DNA of 64,000 bases, taken from Marsupella aquatica. Taxonomy: Eukaryota > Plantae > Marchantiophyta. The DNA is taken from positions 14,089,680 to 14,153,679 of the forward strand of contig OZ316894.1 of assembly GCA_973895155.1 (NCBI GenBank). Reading direction: 5' to 3'. Each line of letters opens with the position of its first letter. Position 1 is the stretch's first letter. Position numbers and translations under genes: made by a program. The notes under the pieces are model-generated. The model did not search any database. It saw nothing but the letters and a program-made list of their open reading frames with translations, and had not been told where the DNA came from. Of this stretch, positions 1 to 12,700 are shown piece by piece.

Positions 1-320
1 TACATTCAATGACAAACTTATAGGGCAATTTGATTAATTGCATGCCTGATAATTTATACGCTTACAACTTAGAAGTCCTGTTTTAATTTAGCAGTGTGAT
101 GAAAGTGTTTATGAAAATGACCACTCAGCCTAAATACTTCCAAGAAGGCTTGTAAGGATAAGTTTGTATAGGCATGTACCCAGCCACTGACGCCAGAGCA
201 CAAGATAAGTGCTGCCTATATAAACTCGCCTACCCAACTCCTTTTCAAAATTGGAATCTCTGCAATCTCAAAAAATAGTACATCCACATCAGGTGCACTG
301 TGCATGTACAATGTTCAGCT

Positions 321-1001
321 TCACAGCCAAGATATGTGATCTCTCACAGGAGTGCGCGAGGTAGGATCAATGGCATGGCGATGACAATAAAATATCCATC
401 GATCAACACCATGTGCAGAGTGATCATAGATTTCTCTGTCACAAGCATAACCCTCTGCTTGATGATCTTTCAGGCAATGATAGTGCCACATAGTGGGACA
501 CCTAGCACAGTGGACTATGTCAGTCCAGTAGTCATCATCATGCTCACCACATGCCTTGCACCTATGAAGTGGGCAAGCTGTGGCATGAGCAGGCAAACAC
601 TCAAAACAGAAAAATCTCACACAAAAACGGTCTGGACATTTCCTAACATTTGCTGCAGCATCAACAGAGCCCTCATAGGACCCCAACTTCCCACACTGTG
701 CACACTTAGCCTGCTTCTCCAAACAATCAGTGCACATCCAGTCTCCCTGGTGTGTTGACGGGAGGCCCACCCCTGGACAGTTGTTTTCTGCAGCAAGGTC
801 AGACTCCGGGTTGAGGTGGAAATGCCTCATGCAAGGGCCCTCACAAATGACCAGGCCCCCACCATCGTCACAAATGGCACAACAATGAGCTGCCTTCTGG
901 AAAATCTGACTTGCAGAGAAGTTAGTAGCATCTGCCCCAAGTACACCTGTGTTTCTCACCTCTGTCACACGCTTTTTGGCTTGAATTTTAGGCCGTGCCA
1001 T
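321..1001 (-). CDS. Stand-alone EDM2-type multi-PHD zinc-finger protein (226 aa), transposon cargo, copy A
   Basis: Intact single-exon ORF with a GCAG acceptor 2 nt before the ATG. The pattern CAICDDGG-LVICEGPCMRHFH...CTDC...CAQCGKLGS...CPLHRCKAC...CARCPTMWHYHCL...IFYCHRHAIDPTSRTPVRDHI is collinear with the PHD region of plant EDM2 as I recall it (CAICDNGG..CEG.C.RSFH...CKNLGS...CPLHKCSVC...CRRCPKSYH...IYC..HEID....TPVRDH). Confidence 0.88.
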   Translation of the reverse strand: MARPKIQAKKRVTEVRNTGVLGADATNFSASQIFQKAAHCCAICDDGGGLVICEGPCMRHFHLNPESDLAAENNCPGVGLPSTHQGDWMCTDCLEKQAKCAQCGKLGSYEGSVDAAANVRKCPDRFCVRFFCFECLPAHATACPLHRCKACGEHDDDYWTDIVHCARCPTMWHYHCLKDHQAEGYACDREIYDHSAHGVDRWIFYCHRHAIDPTSRTPVRDHISWL

Positions 1002-1012
1002 GCCTGCGCATG

Positions 1013-1156
1013 AGATAGACTCTACAATTTAGCAGACTGCACAGAAAGTAATATATATTTAGCATTTAAGGTACAAAGGCATTTAGATAGACTCTACAAT
1101 TTAGCAGACTGCACAGAAAGTAAAATATATTTAGCATTTAAGGTACAAAGGCATTT
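1013..1156. repeat. 72-bp tandem direct duplication
   Basis: AGATAGACTCTACAATTTAGCAGACTGCAC...GGTACAAAGGCATTT occurs at 1013-1084 and 1085-1156 with about one mismatch. Confidence 0.9.
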
Positions 1157-1771
1157 GCTACTGCAATGAATTGGAATGGCCACACAAGGATGCAGAGCAC
1201 ACATACTTTTGGTATGTTGAGCCCACACACAAAACTGATCCCCTAATACAATTTCTCCACCAACACCTCAATTTTAATTGTGGCTATGATTCACCAAAGG
1301 AGATCTGCAACAACATTTCATGCATTTGAATCACATACAATAGTCGTGACATGTAAAACAGGCATTCTTCGAAGAGGATTGGTATGAAGCAGTGTCATAA
1401 GGGTTGAAATTTATACATCCTAAATAGGTTATGATAGTGGCTGAGACAAATAAGTGAGGCATAAATCATTTTGCATATTATCACATGGCCCATTAATTCA
1501 TTCAACGTTGCAATGTTCACCAGGTTAAAGCAGTCATGAAAGCAGTCTTTCAATAGAGACTTTTATGCGAGTTTGCTAGCCTCTTAAATTAGGATATTTT
1601 GCTTAGTGCAGGCATAATAGGATATAAGTTATATACTGTTGACCCTAAACCCTGGACCCAAAATTGCTCATACATCAAAATTTTAAGTAAATATCCTCTG
1701 TGTTGAAGTCAGAGTGTTAAGCTATAGGTCAATGGTATCTGGTCTGTGCATGCGGTGTGACAAGTGGTCCT

Positions 1772-2221
1772 CTAGAGCATGTGATCCAAACATGTGTAGA
1801 CACCAAAGTCACCGGTGGTGGGGTCTGGGAGGGCAGGACAAGTGACATCACCAGGCACACTGCAGGATGGCGAGTGGTTCCAAATGATACATTGTGCTCT
1901 ATGCAAAAATCGGCATCCAAGAGAACGGTCATCCAATTCTGGGCCAGAAGCCCTACAGGCAGGACAGTCATATTGGCAACTGTGTACACACCCTTGGCAC
2001 CTAATTTGTGGCGGGTCATGTACAAGAGACACAAATACCAAGGATGTCGGGAAGGGTACTGAAGCAAGTAGAGGCCGGCTGTAGTTGTTCCTGGAAACAA
2101 CAGGGTACTCAAAGTACCATGCAGACTGGGCTGGAAGGATCCCAAGTCTGACATACTCAAGGCGCAACATCTCTGCCTTGCGTGCAAGTCGCACATGTTC
2201 AGCGTTGCGGGTCCTCACCAT
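1772..2221 (-). CDS. Cys/His-rich 149-aa protein with a degenerate PHD-like C-terminus, transposon cargo, copy A
   Basis: Intact ORF MVRTRNAEHV...CQGCVHSCQYDCPAC...GCRFLHRAQC...YTCLDH. Same length and stop position as the paralog at 20653-21102. Confidence 0.7.
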   Translation of the reverse strand: MVRTRNAEHVRLARKAEMLRLEYVRLGILPAQSAWYFEYPVVSRNNYSRPLLASVPFPTSLVFVSLVHDPPQIRCQGCVHSCQYDCPACRASGPELDDRSLGCRFLHRAQCIIWNHSPSCSVPGDVTCPALPDPTTGDFGVYTCLDHML

Positions 2222-3216
2222 AAGTGTTGCTTTTGTTGTGATGTCCTCTGTTCACGTCCTTTGATGAGCAAGGTGAGCAGGAGGTCGACTTGCCTCGCCA
2301 ACAGCAACCACCTAAACTAATCAGTTCCCACTCAACTACAGGTCATAGTATACACATAGCATGAAACGTGCATAGTACATATTTGATTCTGAGTTTATGA
2401 GTTTCCTAAGACAAAGAGCTTGGTGATAAACCCATATTCTCGATGGACATGTATATCAATCGTATTAAAATCCTGTTTTTTCATCCAGAAAGACCGAAAG
2501 TCTCACCTTGCAGGTTGCAGCAGAGAGAAAATTCACTGGTTGTCGTGTTGTGCAAGTGAACCTCCACTGATGCCCCCGGTGTAGCCCCTCAGATGCAGGT
2601 GACACTTACCAACTCCCAAGTTGCCTGGTCTAACAGAAAATGCTTATATCTTCAGAACTTTATAGAGCAAGTACATGATCACATACTTCTGGATCTATTC
2701 ATATTTGGAACTCTTGCCAACTACAACTCCCATTATGCACAAGCTCACATCAACAGAGAAAAATACAGAATGCATACTTACTATGGCTCTAAGCACCTTC
2801 ACTACCTTGTTGAACCCAGTCCTGAAGTCTTTTCAGCGTGTTTGTTGTGCTGTCTCCTTTGGCACCCAACACCTTAGTCCTTGATGTAACAGAATGCGAT
2901 TTTACAAGTTAGATGCTTTGGAACCTTCTATGGTCTTAGCTGAATTGATGTCATCGTAAGTGGTGAAAGACAAGGAAGACGAAAGCTGGTTGAAGAGCTG
3001 TGGACAACACACTAGCATGAAGTGCTTCAACCAATCCACTGCCAAACGGAACTCTTACACAGTCACATTCTTTCAGTAAACAGAAACTCAATCAAACTTC
3101 ATAATCAAAGTACAGACTCTGAAGGACCAAAGGAGGATGTTGTGAGTTTCTCTGTTGTTTAATGTGTTACCCTTCTAGTTTCGAAGTTAGCAAATGCTGA
3201 ATAATGTGTCTACCAG

Positions 3217-3556
3217 ATCTTCGAAAAGAAGCCCACCACAATTAAGAACTTTGGTATCTGGGTGAGGTATCAGAGTTGTACAGGTTATCCCAACATGTAC
3301 AAGAAATATTGTGATACCACATTAAACAACCACACAGCAGATGTATGATGAGATGGCTTCTTGTCATAGAGTTCGGTTCCCTTGCATCCAGATCATCAAG
3401 ACTACGACAGTCCCTGTCTCTCTGTGCAAGCGAGAAAGTACCAAGCAGTTCCATGATTCAAAGATCAAGTTCCCCTTGACGTACCGCAAGATTCAACCTC
3501 CATCGCGAAAGCTAAAGACGACTTACAAGGCCACCAAGCCCAACACATTTGTTTGA
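3217..3556 (+). pseudogene. RPL18a: Captured terminal exon of 60S ribosomal protein L18a (eL20), frameshifted
   Basis: After a CAG acceptor at 3214-3216 it reads [33 protein letters not shown], then after a frameshift near 3330 [61 protein letters not shown]. This is the conserved eL20 C-terminal half. No upstream exons are present. Confidence 0.9.
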
Positions 3557-5394
3557 GTAGTGCGGGTGTAGGTTCCCAATTTTGAAACAATTTGGCTCAT
3601 TTTATGTCCCGAGGGACTCCAGGAGTTTATGTATTGAGTTTCTAGGTCAAGATGCTTAATATAAGGAAATTCAATTATCACCTCGTTCCCAACTTCTATT
3701 AATTGAATATACACAAGCTGGAAGCAAGAAGACAAGCCACAATCTAGCATCTTAGCCAAACACAATCGTCCCGACAAAGCAAAACTCAGCTGGACAGAAG
3801 TCACTCGGATCCACAAAAAATTGAAGATTCACCTCCAAGCCGGAGGCCGATCACTTCAGTACAGCAGCTTCTGGACGGAACAAACTCTGCTCAGCCCCAC
3901 AAAAACACAAATGTTAAGGCTCCAAGTCAGAGCTCACAAACAGAAACTCAGATAAATAACATTCAAAATCTGTCCAGGTTTGTGCAAAGTGTACATATTC
4001 ATTCTTCTGGAATGAACACGCAATGCATACATCGCCTAGACACAGTCATTATAAATCATTGGGCAATTGGGGACCACTAAGCAGGTGTGTTCCTATTTCG
4101 AGGCTACAAGAAAGGATAGAGTGACACCAAACTGAAGAGTACACCAAAAGAAAAACAGCAAGAACCAAAGTCAATCATGTGTGGATATTTTGCACATGGG
4201 AAGTTCCCCTGAAGAAGCACCAGTTGCTAACATTGTCACCCGAACCACACCCAGTTTATTACCTCAATGTCTTCAGCCTCAATATCCAATCCTCAGCCCC
4301 CTGGTGCTTCCGTGTTTGTTCTGAAAATTTCTGTGATGAAATAATTATTCAATACATTCAATAGCAAAGAGAACTCAATCACAAAAGAAAAATAGTTAGT
4401 GTGAATGCTAATTTCTCAACACTTAACTAAATTCAAACCACCAATTCAAGTAGTAAGTTTCAAAAACTTGCCTTTACATGAAGAGAAACCAATTGGCCAT
4501 GCATGTTACTAAAGCAATAAACAAATAATTAGGCTCAACCCCGGGCTCAACACACAGGCAAACTACTCGAAACATGCTGCTGAGAAGTAACATTTTTTGA
4601 ATGTCAGACTATGTGTAAGTGCCATGATCGTGCTCCTACGTTTCACAAGGAGGGCTGGCCCGAAAGGGAGAAGCAACAATGTGGAGTCTATACACGTAGC
4701 ACAAATCCCAGTTTAGAAGGGTGGATGAAGTTCAGACAAGAGTTCAGAACTTGCCATTTGAGATTGCCAATCTGAACTTCACATTCAGACAGGACTTCAT
4801 CCAGTTCAGGAGTTCAGATAGGAGTTCAGACAATCTGAAGAGGACTTTGGACTTGAATGAGGGACAGCGTGGCCATATAGTTATCCTTGTGGCCTTCAGC
4901 TGCGTGTCTCAGGCTGAATTTCACTTTCCAGTTTCGAGAGTTCTGAAGGTCTAGTTTTAGTAACTTCCTCCTGACTCGACTTGGGAGCATTCTCCCTATT
5001 TGCTAGCTTGTAGTTAGCTTTGACTCCTGTGAGCTTAGTTGACGACCCTCTTGAGATATTAACAATTAGAACAAACACAAGTTGTCAAGACAGATTCCAC
5101 CGGAGCAAAAAGTCCAAAATCAGGTGAAAGAAAACCTAAGGAAAGTCCATAAGAACGAAAGTAGGAAGGCAGGTGCACGGGCCACCGAGAAAAGTAAAGG
5201 ATGCATGTGATTAGTGGGGAGGGATCTTAGCAAAAATAGGGGAAAGCAAGGGAACTTGCTGCTAAAATCAGCTGAACGATTGCACGGTTCCTATAAATTT
5301 AGTGGACCTTAAGGCCGTCTGTTCAGCCCCCCACCCCATTGCCAGAGCACGGGGCACAAGGCATGTTCTGATACAGGGAGGAGCAAAACAGTCA

Positions 5395-6442
5395 TGTCAA
5401 GCAAGAAATGTGGAGAGACCAATCAGTAAGCAAAAATAGGGGAGAACATACATACATGATCAGCAGCAGCAGGAAACAAGAAAGATGATTTTGGGTGGCA
5501 TCTTAGGGTCGGGGACACCACTGCAACACCGGGACTTAGGATATGAGTTGTTCTTAATCTGCTAGTAGCATCCGGCAGGCCGGCGACCCATGGCAAAAGG
5601 GCAGAGCAACAATCCGCTAAAACTACCGAGTCTCACCTTTGCGCTACTGACTGTCACCTTTGTCCAAGGTAGCTAGTAATAGCAAGTTGAAGTCCCGCTC
5701 CAAGTTGTCGGCTTCCACTCCAAGCTCCCTAAAAGATTGTGGCCTCAGGTCCAAGTCGTTAGCTCGCACGCGCAACTCCCTAAACCTACACACAGCGGAA
5801 GCTTAGCTCACCAACAACTTGCAGAAACAATGACCTCCCCTCTGAAACTGATAAAAACACCTGAATACAAATAGTGAAGCACGAGGACAGAACAGGGAGA
5901 AGCGTTTTGCAGTTTGGGACGACAATGCTAGGAGTGTATACACTTCGGGCAACAGGGAGGTCCAATAATAGTTTGAATCTGACGGATGAAGCTCTAGGCG
6001 AATGAGCTCCAGGAGATTGGGTGCATGATTGAGTAGGCAATTGTAACAGCAGGCACCTGGCGATTGAAGGAAGCAGCATTCGGCAATGGACCTAGGCAGC
6101 TCGCGAATTTTGCTCAGCAGCGATGTCACCTAGACCCTAAACACGCAATGCATACATCACCTAGACAACTATACTTGCAGCCACGAGGTGAGTCCGCGAT
6201 AGGGGATTGAAGGAAGCAGCAAGTCAAGCAAGAAGCGTGGAGAGACCAATCAGTAAGCAAAAATAGGGGAGAATAGACATACATCAGCAGCAGCAGGAAA
6301 CAAGAAAGATGATACTCTGTTCCATCTTAGAGTCGGGGACACTACTGCAACACCGGGACTTAGGATATGACTTGTTTTTAAACTGGAGATAGCATCCAGC
6401 AGGCCGGCGACCCATGCCAAAAGGGCAGAGCAGCAATCCGCC
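5395..6442. repeat. Dispersed ~220-bp direct duplication inside element A (5395-5615 vs 6223-6442)
   Basis: Both copies read GTCAAGCAAGAA..GTGGAGAGACCAATCAGTAAGCAAAAATAGGGGAGAA...CTGCAACACCGGGACTTAGGATATGA...GGCAGAGCA.CAATCCGC. Confidence 0.85.
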
Positions 6443-8214
6443 ATGTAGCGATAGGCGAGAGCAGCGATTACGACGATGAAAGATGGTCAAAGCTGAAGCA
6501 AAACCCCTAAAGATGCAGCTTGGCCATACTCTCTTTCCTCACCTCATAGCGCTAGGCATTCAACCTCCCTCTTCAATGAACCTCACAACAGCTTGAAGGT
6601 CGATAGATTTTACCTCGTCTCCTGAGCAGAAACGTCTGCATTAGCTAAACAGAGCCCGGAACAGAGCTATCGCATTTAGCCTCCCGACTCCAAAATTGAA
6701 CGCAACACAACCTCCAACTCCCAATGGCAGCTCAGTAGGTTGATCAGCTCGGTCAATGCAGGTCAGTCGACCTCAATAGCCACACTAGAAGCTCACCGCA
6801 AGTCACTCAAAGGTCAGACTAGAAGCTCCGCCGCCTTCACACCGTAGCAAAAAACAATGAGACCAATATCGAGCAAGGCGACCCTGTTTGAATATTTGGC
6901 GACCATCAGGCTCCACCCCTCCTTTCTCGCTACCGTTCCCCCATGTGATGGTTAAGCTTCTGAGGACACAATCAATCGCACAAATGTAGCTTAAAGCAGG
7001 ACCTCACTAAGCAGACTATCGGTTAGGACCTTATAGACATAGAGATAGATAGGTCAATGCAACCTTACTTGGGCCGATGCAGCATGTCTCTTCACAATGT
7101 GAAGCAGCGCAGCATTCCTCCACCTAGCTCGCAGTGATCCTCCGCCTTGCTTGCAGTAACCAGCCTCCGCCTAGCTAGTTTGCACTGTCACGGCTGCAAC
7201 TTTTTGTGCAATGACTTGGCCCTCCTACCAACTACGAGCTCCCAAAAGTATGTCGAGCAGATGTACACTCAGGCACCACCTCGTAGAGCTCAACTCCAAG
7301 TCGGCAGCTCTCACTTGAAACTCAATAGCAGCTTAGCTCACCAGCAGGTTGAAAAGCGACAATGGACTCCCCTCAAAACTGATTGGCAGACCTCCACACT
7401 GACGCTCGTAGCAGGCCCAATCCTAAACACATTTGCACCCTAAAGTCCAGTCGCGCTCAAACACTTTCAAACGACCCTGCAGGAAGTTCGCGAAGAGTGC
7501 AGCTGGAATGAAGGTCGTCGACTCCCAATTTCCCTCGCAAAACCAACCTCTGCGGCACACTGACCCTGAACACTTAGGGCAAGTAGTACCCCCAAAATCT
7601 CTCGCAAAACCAACCTCCAAGGTACACTGACCCTGAGGGAAAGTAGTACCCCTCACATGTGGGCAGCCATCGAGTGACTTAGCAAACAGGTTGGTTTGGA
7701 CATAAAAGAACCAATGCAAATGACTTAGCAAAAAGTTCAATGTGGGGAGAGTGCACTTTGGTCAAGAACAAGGCCAAATATAGTCAGGTATGAATCCACA
7801 TTATAAGTGAAAGTACCCACCATTCTGATGAAAACCCCCATATTTATACCCATTATATTTGGACTTATTGAACCATGAGTGTGCAATATGTAGTTGCACC
7901 GGGAGTTGCATATTAGGGATTGGCATCCGAAATTGGCTAATGGGGTATGCATGCTGACGGAATTTTAAAAAATGATGTCCAATTCATATTGCACTATTGT
8001 GGAGTAACTAACATAACTTACCTATTTCTTACTTACTAGTGTTACAATAGCGACATTGGATAAAGTTGTAAGCATGACTTCCCACAACCTCACCAAAACT
8101 TAGTTGGTATGATGTAACTAACATGACACCCACAAACTTGGAGTCGCATATTTATGAAGGTCTCGCACAAGTCACATAGGGGAGGGTCTCAGAATGGGTG
8201 GTTTTCTTCTAGTG

Positions 8215-8712
8215 AGCCACAATCACGACAGGGCCTGGATGGAGATGGGATATGTGGGAGAATTAGTTGACATATGGGCTCTGGACTATGGGGCGGTGTC
8301 CAGTCCTGTGATTCTTATGAAAGGTTCATGGGTGCGGCAGGATTGGCTTGGTAACAGGGCTACCATGAAGAGAGACAACGACGGTTTCTTGCTGGCCAAT
8401 TTCAGAGGGAAATTGCCCGAATGGTCTGAGCCATTTGTGTTTCCTAGTCAGGTGGAGCAAGCTTTCTTCCTGGATGTGGAAGACTCCCCAGGTTGGCGTG
8501 TAGTGTGTCATAAATAGGCCAGGCAACGTCGGATGGAAGGATCAAACCTTGAGTTTCATTTACACTCTCATAGTGCCTTTGATCGTCGGCGTTCAGACCA
8601 AGTGCCTGTAGTTCATGATAGCGGGGACTTCATTCCTGTGACAAGGGTAGATGCATTTGCTGAAGGAGGCGAATTCAGAGATGCAGATGCCAACAGTGTG
8701 CCTGTGCCATGA
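8215..8712 (+). pseudogene. 3' end of the CACTA transposase (TnpD, DUF4216 region) of element C, truncated by insertion A and carrying an in-frame stop
   Basis: WMEMGYVGELVDIWALDYG..PVILMKGSWV...RATMKRDNDGFLLANFR..PEWSEPFVFPSQVEQAFF aligns with 13123-13638. TAG at 8515-8517 replaces the Gln of VVCHSQARNRR, and the frame continues ARQRRMEGS. Confidence 0.85.
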
Positions 8713-9773
8713 GTAATGTGAATTGTTTGCATGGACATTAGTGAGGGGAAGGATGTGTAATAAAGTAATTCTGAAGCAACACAGATGTATGGATGGATGC
8801 CTGGTGATTGTGGTTGCATTGTGTTATACAGGGTGATCATAGATGACATGTTTTTGTGGTCCAGTAGGATGGAACAGAGTGACACAGAGATGTGTGAGTA
8901 TGAAAGGAAAGCTATGGAACAACGAGCATACGTGAAAGCCAAAATCGCAGAACACTAGTAGAAACCGGGGGGTATTTAGACCCCATTAAACGACTATTCA
9001 GTACCGTATAGGACTTGGAAACGACTGGGAAGGACTCTAGTCCTTTATAGGACTGTGAGTCGTATGTTTTGTTACTATAATCAACTGAGTCCTTTATAGA
9101 ACTGGTTTATAAGTCGTTTAATAGACTGGATTTTCAGTCTATTTTAGTCTTTGTGTGGGTAGTTTTGGTGAGTCGTTTTCAGTCTTTTATGGGCTGCGAT
9201 GATGAGTCGTTGGGAACGACTAAAAAGGTTATGGAGGGTAGTCTTTAAATATACTTTGTGGGGTATGTATAAGTCTTTCATGTCAACTGGATATGAGTGA
9301 TGAAGACCCCACTATACTACTTGGAATGAACCCACTCTTGTGCACAAATAATATATTGCATTCATGTTTTATTGTGTACTTGGAATGAACTCACTCTATA
9401 AGTTCACCATTCATCATGTTAACATTAGAATACATAGTTTCAGAAAGCCATCTTCTATACCATGTACACTAATATGAATTCACAGATTCAAACAGACTAC
9501 AAAGAAGGTCACAAAGTATTCCTCTATACCATACACACTAATACTGAAATGATAAAATAGATTCAAGTATCATAGACAATCACCATAGAGCCATAGTTTG
9601 ACATCAATCACTTGTTTCATACATACAGAATTCAGAAATATCAATGTCACACACAACGTCTCCTTCATCCTCTTTACCAAATGGAAAAATTGGTACAGAT
9701 ATTTCTTGGATCTTTCCAAGGCAATGTCAAAATGTGACACAATTCACATGATGCTATCTACACTTGCATTCAG

Positions 9774-12700
9774 TCACTGCAGACTAACACACTCTGATGG
9801 CCAGAGCACAAGAGATCCTACTGCATCTGCAATTATTTCCTGAGGTGGATCATCGTCTCTATTCGGAAATGGTAAATTACAATCAGATACAATCACTGTA
9901 GTCAACAACACTACTACATGGTCATCCGGGACCACTTTGCCATGGAATTTTGCATGATCCGGTCGCAAAATGCCTGTACCCACACATACCTGCGAGTCAT
10001 CCTCCCATGATAGAAGATTATGGACTGGCTCTGCTGTGGCTATCACCTCCACCTTACCCTGGCTGTTTTTCTTGGCTTTCCTGGGTGGCTTATACATGAC
10101 ATTATTCATACCTTGGTTGCGAGTCATGACTTTGGCACGAGTGTTTTGTGCTGGTGATCCAGAATTGGCTACACTCTTCTTCAAAGAATCTGCATCCATA
10201 TTTGACACTTCTGATTGTGTAGCAGGATTTCCCTGCGACATCATCTCAGTATCTGCCAACATTGTACTTGTTTCAATTGAAGCATCTACAATCTTACTTG
10301 CATCCAATGTTGCTCCCAAGTTTTGACGTCGCTTCACCCTACTCCCACTTGGTTGAGAGTCTGTCAACTCTGCATCAACTACAATTCAGTGTCATGTCCA
10401 ACATAAGTCAATCACTCATCACATGTGCTAAATGTACATGTCACCAACCACAAAGTTGTCACTATCTCCTTACCATTATGAACAGCCTTCTTCCCCTTCT
10501 TTGCCATTGCCATATGCTCCATGTCTGCTTTTGTTGATCAATAAACACACCACAATATTCAGGTTGAATCTATTAACCACTGAATTGTTGCTCAACATTC
10601 ATATAGAGGAATTTAAAGCATCAGCTTACCTGATACCTCCTTGGCTATGGTCACTGAGGCACTGGGCACATCTTCTTCATTATTGCTCTTTGAATCACCT
10701 GATACGTCAATCATGATGTCACTTCAGATCCCAGTTCATCCAACCAGTTCTTACAGAAAAGATTACCTCCAACCGGCTTAAGCTTCACAAAACTCCATGC
10801 ACTTTTCAAATGTAATGTATTGGATCATAGCAGGTTACCTGTCTCAGCAACCTTCTTGCCCTTCTGCTTACTGATTACAGGGTCCTTCTTTGCCTCCACT
10901 CTTCCTGCATTCAAACCATTCACTCAATTCATGAAAACTTACTTCTGACATTTGAACATAGGACACAATGAACAATGGGCCGATGTCATTTCCATACCTG
11001 TGTCAGATTTGCCAATTCCCTTTTTTGTTAACAAGGGCACACTTTGTACAATGTTGCCCTCATTGTTTGGTTGGGAACCACCCAATTTTTCAATCACAAG
11101 CTTGAAATTAGATTCCACTGATGCAAGAAGGTTCGCTATAGATGCCTCCACAATATCCAAACGATCAGCCAATTTACTTTCCACTCGAGGGAGTCCACAC
11201 TCTAATGACTTCAACCGTTCACACATCTCTGTGAGAGTTGTAACAGTTCCCTGTCATAACACAGCTTACATATCTCAGATAACTGTCCCCAAGAACTGGT
11301 TGCTTACTTCCTACTACAGTTCTTTCTGATGCTCAAGGCCAAATAGTCACAGAACATACATAATTACAACATAATCACCTGTTTGGAAGTTACACTTGTC
11401 ACCTCACTCCTTTGTTTCATGAACTCCTCTCTCACTTCTTGTGCTGATGGTTCTTCACCTGTCAATTTCTTCTGCAGTCCACATCAACATACATATGAAT
11501 GAAACCAAGTGTTGATTGTCAATGAAAATGTAATAATGGTAGCAAGATGATAAGTTTGAGGCTTACTATCAGGCATGTCACTGCCTTACCAATTGTTCTT
11601 TCACTGGAGCATAACTTCCTCTCCCAGCCTGTGAAAGGTGTTTCACTTTGCCTCGAGCATTTGACATCAGTTCACTCTTGCTCTGTCCAGCCTCCGACAT
11701 GAACCCTTTGATTAACCGTGTCCATTGATCCAGTTCCAATGATGGGGGTGGTGGCATTCTCCTGTTAGAACCATTGTCTATCCACATCCTTTTCAACCTA
11801 TGCCTCTCTTGTTTCAAAATCCTCATTGCATAATTTGATATGCAATCTTCAACTGGGCCCTTATCATCATTACCAACATACTCCCACCGTTCAAGAATGT
11901 CCTTGCAGATAGCAGCCCAATCAGCTTTGTTCTGACTCCTAAACTCTGTAATGCTCAAATCTAACCAACGCAATACTTCTCCTCTTAGGTCAGAATGCCA
12001 ACGGTTCTTACCATCACATGTGGGAGTTATCCAACCTTCGGAATTCACTTCTACTTTACCAAATTTGTTACTGTCTCCTGCCTTGGTACTCCCTGAAGCG
12101 CTACTAGGTGTCCCTCCACGGCCTGGTGTCCCCCCACGGCCTGGGGTCCCTCCACGGCCTGATCTCCCCCCACGGCCTGGATTGCATTGTCCAAACCTCC
12201 CTGGAGTCCCTGCACATGTACAAGATCCATTTACAGTCACTTACATTAGGTAAGTATGAATCATAAATCCCGCTGCCAAATATACAGTGGACTTCAGAGC
12301 AATTCTGCAATGACCAAGTTACCTCTCCCTTGGCGCATAGATGGTTCTGGACCACCTGTCCTATTGCTTTGTCTTGATGAATTAGGGGCGTTTCTCCCGC
12401 CTATGAATGATTGCCTCCTATCTGAATGTGGATGGCCTTTGTTGTTTTCGTGATTGTCCCAATCAGAGTCTGCATACCAACAGGTACATGCCACACTCAT
12501 GGACCTGTAAGATAAACTCTTTGCCCTAGCTACACATCAGATAAGTGCATATTGAGCTAAATCTCTACTACCATCACAAAATCACTAGCACAAGGCACTT
12601 ACTTGTCCAATCATCCTCCTCACCTTTCCATTGCCCTCTGTACCCGTCTCTACCACGCTCTGGGTGTTCATATTCATCCCATCCATCTTCTGCTCCATCA

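Larger units (their letters stand above)
1..8214 (-). mobile_element. CACTA/EnSpm element A (right part only; left end outside window), inserted in the DUF4216 coding region of element C
   Basis: Ends ...GGTCTCAGAATGGGTGGTTTTCTTCTAGTG at 8214; the reverse complement CACTAGAAGAAAACC...TGAGACC resembles the terminus at 30536. Transposase homology (AGC CAC AAT = S-H-N-H-D-R-A-W-M-E-M-G-Y-V-G-E-L) starts immediately after. Positions 1-2570 are homologous to the cargo region of element B (~18980-21960). Confidence 0.75.

Noticed and set aside
2575-3145. Possible additional captured host exons upstream of the RPL18a fragment
   Set aside because: Exon-like composition and a GTGAG donor near 3142 are present, but I could not recognise any protein in the translations.
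8025-8041. ACTAGTG as a possible right end of element A
   Set aside because: Only the terminal heptamer matches. The site at 8214 has the extended TIR similarity (CACTAGAAGAA...TGAGACC) and coincides exactly with the start of transposase homology.
8194-8517. ORF as an independent 107-aa gene
   Set aside because: Its first codons lie in the TIR of element A; the rest is the interrupted transposase tail of element C.
11951-12253. Pro-rich ORF (GVPPRP)n on the + strand
   Set aside because: Antisense shadow of the PGRGGT repeat in the TnpA-like exon.
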